A stretch of DNA of 58,859 nt, counting the filler, from Basidiobolus meristosporus CBS 931.73 (taxonomy: Eukaryota > Fungi > Basidiobolomycota), in NCBI GenBank assembly GCA_002104905.1. It is 3 parts of 3 records of this genome, joined end to end, with 100 filler letters (N's around TTAATTAATTAA, not from the genome) between each part and the next. Parts side by side here need not be neighbours in the genome. Positions count along the whole stretch, not along the records: positions 26,226 to 40,307 come from MCFE01001189.1; 2 more parts are not named here. One strand, given 5' to 3'. The notes under the pieces are model-generated. The model did no database searches, had not been told where the DNA came from, and worked only from the letters and a program-made list of their open reading frames with translations. Position 1 is the stretch's first letter. Each line of letters starts with the position of its first letter. A program made the position numbers and the translations under genes. Positions 26,416-35,575 of the stretch are shown in pieces.

Positions 26416-26762
26416 TGTGGTATGAGCTCTGTAGATACTACAAGTGATTGGGAGAACAAGTAGATTATGCGGTGTTCACTTTGTAATTTATTGAGTATAA
26501 AGTGAAATTTATATTGATACATGGTCTTGGCAAGACAAACACATGGTATATATTTCAATAAGGTTCCATGAGCACGCATGAAAGGTTTAGAGCGCTTTAG
26601 ACAACTTCGCAACTTTTCATATCCTGGGTACCTGATATTTTAGTGTAATGCTCTTAGTACAGCCTGACATGGAACTTGGGTAGAATACTACTAAGTTTGT
26701 AAGTTACAATTTAGGTGACTAAGCTGGGTGAATATTTAGATGGAATTACAATATTTACAACA
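26416..26762 (-). mobile_element. Diverged copia solo LTR
   Basis: Similar to 7131-7479; ends TACAACA; flanks CTTCT/CTTCA. Confidence 0.7.
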
Positions 26763-26885
26763 CTTCAGATATTCAAAGCTGTGGTTTTGAGGAAACCGTA
26801 ATTCCTTCCGCCCCTTGTCAGTATTCTATCATAGTTAGTTGCTACTCATGAGGTATATAACAATGTAGGAATATCAAGCTTTTAT

Positions 26886-27338
26886 TCATGGAAGAAATTC
26901 CTCAGGACCAATGTTACTGGGGGTTTGTCCATTCACCTTTCTAAAGTCAATGGAATAGGTGTTGTCGCTAACTGAGACCCGCTGGTAGCGGAGGCCATCC
27001 AACTTCCCTGCCTGGCGAAGGGCCTCCCAATCCGCCCCGTTGACTCGAATCCATACACTTGTACCACAACAATTGAATTTGTAGTCCCTTGTGATGACTC
27101 CACTGGAGAAGGTGATCAGGGCACATCCTTGCTCGTAGAGCTGCGTCTGAACCGTTGCTGCACCAGCATTGACCGTCTTGATGCAATCCGGGGCATACGC
27201 GTCAAGAGGGTCCGACGTACCTGGCAGATCCATGATGCTCACTGGATTTTGCACCTTCAGAACATCCTTCATCAACGGACGCACGCCCATGGTGGCTGCG
27301 GAAGCAAGAGAAGCAAAGAGAAGAAAGTTGTATTTCAT
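26886..27338 (-). CDS. Small secreted protein, 150 aa, 4 Cys, unknown family (copy 1)
   Basis: ATG start, signal-peptide-like MKYNFLLFASLASA, intronless, CpG-rich, TATTTAA upstream; paralog differs at synonymous sites only in the mature part. Confidence 0.85.
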   Translation of the reverse strand: MKYNFLLFASLASAATMGVRPLMKDVLKVQNPVSIMDLPGTSDPLDAYAPDCIKTVNAGAATVQTQLYEQGCALITFSSGVITRDYKFNCCGTSVWIRVNGADWEALRQAGKLDGLRYQRVSVSDNTYSIDFRKVNGQTPSNIGPEEFLP

Positions 27339-28090
27339 GGTGATGGTTTATAGCAAAAGTCGGTGTGTTCGTTGGGCTTAAATAGAAGCCGGTGTTCTGG
27401 AATGACCTCATAGTCTTGCTCAGTCTAAGTGCCCGATTTCTCAATTTAGCTCTCACCCCTATCTACATAGGCGTAACTGTGTGGGATGACAGAACGAGAT
27501 ATACAAATATTTGTATTCGGTGGAGAATGGAAGTGATCGACTGCTTACTTGGCCAACTCAATTGGACCATAATAAGGGATTGTACTACATGCTAGCTTTG
27601 AATGGGGTACTTATAGATTATCACAGTCAGCGCTTGTTGTGGCTTAGCACTTGCTTGAGATAACATTGATGTTACCGCTTTACTATTCATGCGCGTTGCA
27701 CGGTAGTGAAATTTTTGTGAATATAGTGAGGATACCACTTGTGTGTATTATAGCTGTTAGTACAGTGGAAGTGCGCAACCTGGCCCTGTGTATGGGAGAC
27801 AAATGCTGAGTTTATTGCAGTTCGATGCTGTATATAGCTATGCTAATAAATTTCATTCATCGGAGGGGTGTACATGGTTAGTGTTTTTAAGGTTAACTAT
27901 TACACAATCTTTGCTCCTCCAAAGCAGCAAGGTACGGTACTAGCTTTCCGTCCCTTAGATGCCTTCTGGCTATACCTCTCGTAAATACTGTTTGTTAAAC
28001 TTGGCTTTTTCATTAAATAGATCTATCATGATACTATACGGCATTCAACTCCAGCCGTGATATTTAGAAGCTGAGGTAAATCGCCTTTAT

Positions 28091-28543
28091 TCATGGAAGA
28101 AATTCCTCAGGACCAATGTTACTGGGGGTTTGTCCATTCACCTTTCTAAAGTCAATGGAATAGGTGTTGTCGCTAACTGAGACTCGCTGGTAGCGGAGGC
28201 CATCCAACTTCCCTGCCTGGCGAAGGGCCTCCCAGTCCGCCCCGTTGACTCGAATCCATACACTTGTACCACAACAATTGAATTTGTAGTCCCTTGTGAT
28301 GACTCCACTGGAGAAGGTGATCAGGGCGCATCCTTGCTCGTAGAGCTGCGTCTGAACCGTTGCTGCACCAGCATTGACCGTCTTGATGCAATCCGGGGCA
28401 TACGCGTCAAGAGGGTCCGACGTGCCTGGCAGATCCATGATGCTCACTGGATTTTGCACCTTCAGAACATCCTGCATCAACGGACGCGAGCCCAGGGTGG
28501 TCGCGGAAGCAAGAGAAGCAAAGAGAAGAATGTTGTACTTCAT
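28091..28543 (-). CDS. Small secreted protein, 150 aa (copy 2; ATG at 28543)
   Basis: Tandem paralog of 26886-27338; identical protein from DVLKVQ onward. Confidence 0.85.
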   Translation of the reverse strand: MKYNILLFASLASATTLGSRPLMQDVLKVQNPVSIMDLPGTSDPLDAYAPDCIKTVNAGAATVQTQLYEQGCALITFSSGVITRDYKFNCCGTSVWIRVNGADWEALRQAGKLDGLRYQRVSVSDNTYSIDFRKVNGQTPSNIGPEEFLP

Positions 28544-29829
28544 GGTGACGGTTTTCGGCAAAGCTGGGTGTCTTCATTGGGCTTAAATAGATGCCAGTGT
28601 TCTGCTATGACCTCAGATTTTGCTCTGGCTATGGGACCAATTGCCCTGTTTGCCTCGATTTCTTAGGATCGGTGTCAGACAGAACAATATGGAAATGATC
28701 GGCTGCTTACTTGGCGAAAAGATATTACTTTTACATATAAACTGTATATTATAGCTACTCGTACACTTGAAGTACCCGGATTGGCCCCTGGATATGGGGC
28801 TTACATGCAGAGATTATCATGGATCAATGACCTCATATTATATACAAGCAATTGTCAAACTGGATTTTGCATTTCAAAACACCTCAATCAAAGAGACTAC
28901 AGACTTAGAAGGTGAAGCAAGGGAATCAAACTATAGAAAACTGCTTTCCGAGCTACAATTCTGATGCATAGTCAGATGTGCATATTCCACTTAAATAAAA
29001 TCTATTAGACCAAGTGTTCAGTAAAGACCTCTTGATCAAGTGCACAATTTCTCTTTGATCTTCTGTTTGCAAGAGTATGAAATTGAAAGATGAAGTAGAA
29101 TGAGGCGTATATATATTTGTATATGATGAAGAATGTAGTAGAGCAAAAATCATCAGAAATTAGAGCATCTGAAGGAAATTGCAATCAAGCAGCTCTGTTA
29201 CTAGCTGGACTTGAGTATTAGGTACATAAGAAATTACATATATACATCCAGGGCTAGTGCTACACCTGATCATTTTCTTAGTGCAGGGAAATGCATTGGT
29301 TTGGCAAATGTTTATTTTGCCATTTAGGTACAAGCACAAAAGCTAAAAAAAATAAGCCATCCAAGAGTCCTGAAATCTTGCAAGTGTTAATTTTAAAAAA
29401 TGGTACTCCAAATGAATCAATACTTCATGGGAGACAACAGAGTTGATGTATTTTAGGGAAATAACAAATGACAAGCAATATTAGTCTATATAACAAGTTT
29501 TGTTACAAAAACTTGGAAACATGTTGTCAAGGAAAGAGATATTGACTTGGAAGCAGCAATGTCAAACCCAAAAATAAGCTGAGAAAAGTCCAGCAGATTA
29601 ACATCATAACATCTGCTGAATATCTACTTTTTCAAAGCTAAGAACTCTCATTATCTCAGGTTCTGACTATTGGGCAGACAAGTAGACATATTTTCTAGGA
29701 GAAGACTAGGACAGCAGGCATTCATACTAAATTTGGAGGTAAGTAGCTCACTACTTGCACCAAAAATTGCAACCAAAAGCCAGAATACAAAGTGCGAGCT
29801 GAATACAAGCTAAAAACTAGATGAGTTTC

Positions 29830-30090
29830 TGTAGTAAGAGTTTGGGGATACTGGATGCAACTGGGAGAGCAAGTAAATTATATAGTTTTTACTTAATGAC
29901 TTATACAATGTGAAAGTAGTATTTATGCTTTTACACAGTCTTGACAAAATCAACACACAGAATATGCCTAAATAGGACCTAAAAGCATATGTGCAAAGAT
30001 TGGAACTGTTTGGATAGCTTTAAGATATTTCATGAACTGAGTACTGGATGCTACGATAAAAAATATTAAAAGTAAATTTCAATAGGGAAT
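29830..30090 (-). mobile_element. Degenerate partial copia LTR
   Basis: Diverged similarity to 7131-7390; ends where repeat E begins. Confidence 0.55.
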
Positions 30091-30727
30091 TGTTATGTTG
30101 TATTATGATTAGTTTGGGGCTTGTTCTACAATGTAGAGGCTAATCAACAATATACAACAACTTCCAGTATGCTAATACTGAAATAGTTTATTGGGAGTTT
30201 GATATACCAATAGAAGATATAACTTTCACTAATTTCCTCAATCTTAGGCTCAAAATATACTGTAGGCAGTGTTTATCACTTCTACAGCAGTGTTCTGACC
30301 TTCTGTTGACTAATGGGCTTATTTACTTTTATAGTAACTTTTCCTTATTTGGAAGTCACTTTCCTTTCTGAGAAAATATTTCCTAATATGGAAATTCTGA
30401 ACTCCCCTTTAACCTAAAGGGGTGTGTTGTAGAAGTCTCTAAAGGGGTCTTTAGACCTAAAGGGCTGTCTAAAGGGGTGTCTTTAGAGTAAAGGGGCTTC
30501 TTGTAGTGGTCTCTAAAGTGGACTTTGCACTAAAGGGGTGCCTAAAGGGGCTTCTTTAGAGTAAAGGGGTTTCTTAAAGGGGTCTTTAGACTAAAGGGGT
30601 GTCTAAAGGGGTGTCTTTAGAGTAAAGGGGTTTTTTAGAGGGGACTTTTCCAACAGAAAAGTGGTAGTTTCTTGTAGAACTTAGATTGGATTCTTGTGAG
30701 CTTTGTAGTCTCTTTACTGATGTAGTA
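30091..30727. repeat. Unclassified repeat E (LTR-like TG start) with degenerate TAAAGGGGTGTCTTTAGAG subrepeats at about 30410-30645
   Basis: Reverse complement of 40408-41043. Confidence 0.7.
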
Positions 30728-31291
30728 CCGATCAAAGTCAGAATACTCAACAGTGCAAGTGATGCAGGGGAAGTCTTATAACCTTTAAACTTGTAATTGT
30801 AGTATGTAGATTCTGGAAAGAGAGGCTCTCTCTTTATTTTTCAGCTGGGGAAGTCATATATATGAAAATTTTGAAGGATCAAAGTTTTTGGGCAATTGCG
30901 CAAGCAATACACGTGATACAAAGCTAAAATTCTGCAGTGGCGCAGATCAGACATAGGCGCAGCACCTGTGAAAATTTCACATGATTTGATTGGCTGGTTC
31001 AAAAGTTACACGCGATCAAAGTCACCATAGTAATCCTAGCAATAAGGCATAGTATATATAATAGTTGGACTCTTTGGGTCATAACTCCTTAAGTACTGCT
31101 TCAAATGAGCTGTAATTTAAAACATGTGTTGGCTACTACGTGTTCTGTATGACATAATATTCTTTGGTGGATTGCTTGTCAGGGTCTGGAGCATTTGTTC
31201 ATCAAAGTTGAAAATTCTTGATCTTTCACTTGTGTGTTACAATAGCAAAAAGCAAAATAAAGAAATGAGTGTAATATTGGTTTAGAGATAT

Positions 31292-32026
31292 TAGACTTGT
31301 TCCGTTGGATAGTGCCACATTGAGCCATGAGTGCCAAATGATGCCATAGTGTGCCAGAGAGGCCAATTGAGCCTCTACCTGGCCACAGAGTGTGAAACAT
31401 AGCTCTGCATCTTCATGCAAAGCAGCCCCTGTGTTTCACCCATTGCGCAGGAGAAAATCCATTTTTTGACCTTTTTTTGTGGATCAATGTAGCTCAGGAT
31501 GTGTCAGAGCACAGGAGAACTGAAGATAAGCATCTGGTACTCAATACCCATGGCACTCTGAATCTAGCTCCTGTAGCTTGTATCATGTCACAAAAATGAA
31601 TGGCACTATCTTGGTCCACTGGTACTATCTGGTACTATATTTAAATATTAGCCCTAAAGTAAGATCTATACAAAGCACTTATAGTGCCAGATAGTACCAG
31701 TGGACCAAGATAGTGCCATTCATTTTTGTGACATGATACAAGCTACAGGAGCTAGATTCAGAGTGCCGTGGGTATTGAGTACCAGATGCATATCTTCAAT
31801 CTGCTTGTGCTCTAACACATCCTGCACAACATTGATCCAAAAAAAAGGTCAAAAAATGGATTTTCTACAACACAATGGGTGAAACACAGGGGCTGCTTTG
31901 CATGAAGATGCAGAGCTATGTTTCACACTCTGTGGCCAGGTAGAGGCTCACTTGGCCTCTCTGGCACACTATGGCATCATTTGGCACTCATGGCTCAATG
32001 TGGCACTATCCAACAGAACAAGTCTA
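31292..32026. mobile_element. Foldback MITE, 735 bp (arms about 348 bp, 40-bp spacer)
   Basis: 31292-31639 is the near-perfect reverse complement of 31680-32026; TA|GAC...GTC|TA ends; non-coding. Confidence 0.9.
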
Positions 32027-32580
32027 TTGTAGTAATGAAATACTTTCCATTACCACAGAATATGACCAAAGTTCCCCCAATTTGTAAGTAATGATCTAAG
32101 CAATTATGCTGGGCAAATATTTGGGAACAATTACTAAAGTTACAACACTCTCACCCAGCAAGTTTTATATATTAACTAGTCCTAATTTTGGTCTAAATAA
32201 TCAAAATTGCCTTTAGCTAATGGTTTGGTAAACATGTCTGCAATCATATCATTGGTTGAGCAGTTATCTAAATTAACCAAGTTACTCTCCATAGCCTTGC
32301 ATATGAGATGACGTCTGATATTTACGTGTGCAGTACTAGCATGAAAAGTTAAATTTCTATCTAATTGTATTTACCCTGATTTATCTTGAAATAATGTAGA
32401 AGGGGCTTTTTGACATATGCATAGGTCTCTGAAAAGCTTTCTTAACCACATTGATTATTTTGTAGCTTCACAGGTTGTCTTTACTCTGTCTATGCTGTGG
32501 AGAGTGATATGATTGGTTGCACTATTAGTTCTCCTGAAGTTGCTGTTTGACAATAAGGAAAGGTGCATCCTGTGATGAAT

Positions 32581-33315
32581 TAGACTTGTTCCGTTGGATA
32601 GTGCCACATTGAGCCATGAGTGCCATATGATGCCATAGTGTGCCAGGGAGGCCAAATGAACCTGTACTTGGCCACAGAGTGTGAAACATAGCTCTGCATC
32701 TTCATGCAAAGCAACCTCTGTGTTTCACCCATTGTGCTGAAGAAAATCCATTTTTTGACCTTTTTTTTAGTTCAATGTTGTGCAGGATGTATGAGAGCAC
32801 AGAAGAACTGAAGATATGCATAAGGTACTCAATACCCATGGCACTCTAAATCTAGCTCCTGTGGCTTGTATCATGTCACAAAAATGTATGGCACTATCTT
32901 GGTCCACTGGTACTATCTGGCACTATAAGTGCTTTGTATAGATCTTACTTTAGGGCTAATAATTAAATATAGTGCCAGATAGTATCAGTGGACCAAGATA
33001 GTGCCATACATTTTTGTGACATGATACAAGCCACAGGAGCTAGATTCAGAGTGCCATGGGTATTGAGTACCTGATGCATGTCCTCAGTTCTTCTATGCTC
33101 TTGCTCATCCTGCACAACATTGGTCCTCAAAAAAACGTCAAAAAATGGATTTTCTCCTGAATCATAGGTGAAACACAGGAGCTGCTTTGCATGAAGATGC
33201 AGAGCTATGTTTCACACTCTGTGGCCAAGTTTATGTTCACCTGGCCTCTCTGACACACTATGGCATCATTTGGCACTGATGGCTCAATGTGGCACTATCC
33301 AATGGAACATGTCTA
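32581..33315. mobile_element. Second foldback MITE, 735 bp, spacer in opposite orientation
   Basis: Same termini and length as 31292-32026; central spacer is the reverse complement of the first copy's spacer. Confidence 0.9.
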
Positions 33316-33640
33316 TTATATGTCTGCTAAGATTTCTCTCCAGTTGGCATCAGAGTATTCCAGAGGATCCTTTTCTGAATCCTTACTGTTGTGCAATAAG
33401 CAAATATCAGTAGCTCCTTTTACTTACCTAAATATCCAACTAACTGCTTCAATATGATCAAATCTATATTTCTGATTGTGCAGGCTGATACTCCCACTAA
33501 ATATGAGCTATCTGTACATGTTCCTGGCATTATTCAGATCTAGCTGCCAGCTAGAGACTGGTAAGGGAAATCTGGGCTTTCTAATTGCCGCAAGCTTTCA
33601 TTACCTGCTTGGGTTTTGATCAAGCTGTTGATTGTTTCCA

Positions 33641-33800
33641 TTGGGGGGAGCAGTCACTCACAAGTGCAATCTTTATTTCAGTTGAAATATAACAGCCAGT
33701 GCAACTGTTGTAGCTTTGGTACAAGAGTGAGTAGCTGAGGGGAATTGGTTTATAAGTTAATAAGAAGAAATGATAGCTCCTCAGTGCTCTAGATTCTGTC
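33641..33800 (-). mobile_element. Old 5'-truncated 3'-end relic of the telomeric LINE
   Basis: Aligns with 35513-35680 (ORF2 C-terminus plus 3' UTR), same orientation, diverged. Confidence 0.8.
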
Positions 33801-34128
33801 TGTTGTGCATCAACATTTAAAACTTAGCCAATTTTACTCCATTTGAAAATCTAGTACCCTAATTGATTTTCCCTAACCCATACATAACAAATCCCAGTTA
33901 CAGTTTATTTTATCCCACCTCAGTATCTATTTTTAGCTATCACACCTGATCTATTTTCAAATAATCATTACGTTATCAACCTATCTGCCAAGCCTTCCCA
34001 GGTGATAAGTCATCTGAGATCTATCCAACCATGGTGCAGTTGCCAAGAGATCAGTTGATTGATGATGTAATTTTCATTTATCTTATGCACTGATGAACAC
34101 CCAAATTGATTTCAATCAATCCAGTCCC
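33801..34128. repeat. Repeat F, copy 3, truncated at the TTAGGG junction
   Basis: Other copies continue past ...TCCAGTC; this one switches to TTAGGGTTAGGG. Confidence 0.7.
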
Positions 34129-34140
34129 TTAGGGTTAGGG
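34129..34140 (+). repeat. Interstitial (TTAGGG)2 at the 3' junction of the ORF1-only element
   Basis: Read directly from the sequence. Confidence 0.9.
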
Positions 34141-34920
34141 GAGGGAAAGTCACCAAGGTAGGTGAAATCTTTATTTGATTTCAGACAAGTCTAACTACAA
34201 ATAAAGAAGCCAGCTGGGAATAGAAGATTCCCAAAGTAAACACTAAGTTGAATATGAATAAATCTAAGCTAAAGTTAAGGCAGTATCCCAGAGTACACTG
34301 GAGTTCAGGTTCATGGGGGAGTGAAGTAGATAAGCTTGAGAGATATAATAATCTTTGAGGAAGTGGGTAACAGCAGGTGAAGGGGAGTTTTTGATAAGTG
34401 AAGTGAATCTTGAGAGCAGAGATTCCTCTAATGAGAAGGTCTTGTAAACTGGAGAATCAGGAAACTCTTTAAAGGCATGGTCAGTAGGTTCCCAGTAAAG
34501 CTGGTCAGAGACATTTTGAGAGAACTCTTTAGCAATACTTTTGTCAAGTACTACCTCCAGAGTGTGATGGTTGATAAATCTCATGTTGACAATCTTGGAT
34601 AAGTTGTAACCTTGTTGCTTGAGATACATCCTATGCTCAAAAATAGGAATAAACTCCACATTGGCAACGTAGCAGACAGCCCAGTCAGTAGCAGGAGGCA
34701 AATCAGAAGTGGCAGGAAACTTTCTTTTGGTCTTGGGAGGAGCAGCAGGATGTCTTGAGGGAGCAGGAACAGACTTTTTGACAACTTCAGAGTAGGAAGA
34801 GTGAGCAGGAGCAGATGATTCTTGGGGAGTCTTGTTGGCAGGAAGGGTTGGCACAGGGACAATAGATTCTTGCAGATCAGAGAAGGCAGAAAAGAGCTTT
34901 TGAACTTGCTTCTTGAATTA
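34141..34920 (-). mobile_element. Non-autonomous ORF1-only telomeric retroelement
   Basis: ORF1 homolog followed directly by a 3' UTR sharing AAATAAAGATTTCACC..GGTGACT..CCCCTAACCCTAA with the autonomous LINE; no RT. Confidence 0.8.
34264..34917 (-). CDS. ORF1 paralog, C-terminal part (open frame without an upstream ATG; 5'-truncated or non-ATG start)
   Basis: DLPPATDWAVCY/NLPPASTWTVVY, LSKIVN..LEVVLD/LSRIVN..LEVILD, HFLKD/YFLKN, LWDTA/LWDSA versus ORF1; frame is closed upstream by TAA at 34918-34920. Confidence 0.7.
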   Translation of the reverse strand, partial: FKKQVQKLFSAFSDLQESIVPVPTLPANKTPQESSAPAHSSYSEVVKKSVPAPSRHPAAPPKTKRKFPATSDLPPATDWAVCYVANVEFIPIFEHRMYLKQQGYNLSKIVNMRFINHHTLEVVLDKSIAKEFSQNVSDQLYWEPTDHAFKEFPDSPVYKTFSLEESLLSRFTSLIKNSPSPAVTHFLKDYYISQAYLLHSPMNLNSSVLWDTALTLA

Positions 34921-35506
34921 GCAGGGAGAAGAGAAGGAAGGAGCAAAAATTCCAGAAGTCAGAATTTATAGATGGATGGACAAGGGTAGATGGATGGATT
35001 ATTCCTGGGTTAGGAAAATTAGCAGGGAGAAGAGAAGGAAGGAGCAAAAATTCCAGAAGTCAGAATTTATAGATGGATGGATTATTCCTGGGTTAGGAAA
35101 ATTAGCAGGGAGAAGAGAAGGAAGGAGCAAAAATTCCAGAAGTCAGAATTTATAGATGGATGGACAAGGGTAGATGGATGGATTATTCCTGGGTTAGGAA
35201 AATTAGCAGGGAGAAGAGAAGGAAGGAGCAAAAATTCCAGAAGTCAGAATTTATAGATGGATGGACAAGGGTAGATGGATGGATTATTCCTGGGTTAGGA
35301 AAATTAGCAGGGAGAAGAGAAGGAAGGAGCAAAAATTCCAGAAGTCAGAATTTATAGATGGATGGACAAGGGTAGATGGATGGATTATTCCTGGGTTAGG
35401 AAAATTAGCAGGGAGAAGAGAAGGAAGGAGCAAAAATTCCAGAAGTCAGAATTTATAGATGGATGGACAAGGGTAGATGGATGGATTATTCCTGGGTTAG
35501 GAAAAT
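34921..35506. repeat. Tandem array: five 101-bp units and one 83-bp unit
   Basis: Units start at 34921, 35022 (lacks 18 bp), 35105, 35206, 35307 and 35408; each has GGGTTAGG and ATGGATGGA. Confidence 0.95.
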
Positions 35507-35575
35507 TTAGGGTTAGGGGGGAGACAGTCACCAACAGGTGAAATCTTTATTTCAGTTGAAACAAAGAAGCCAGCG

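Noticed and set aside
28767-29830. Short ORFs and possible relic coding sequence
   Set aside because: No recognisable motif or second copy in the window.
34921-35506. CRISPR-like array, and the 65-aa ORFs at 35160 and 35261
   Set aside because: No unique spacers and no cas genes; the ORFs are by-products of the repeat.
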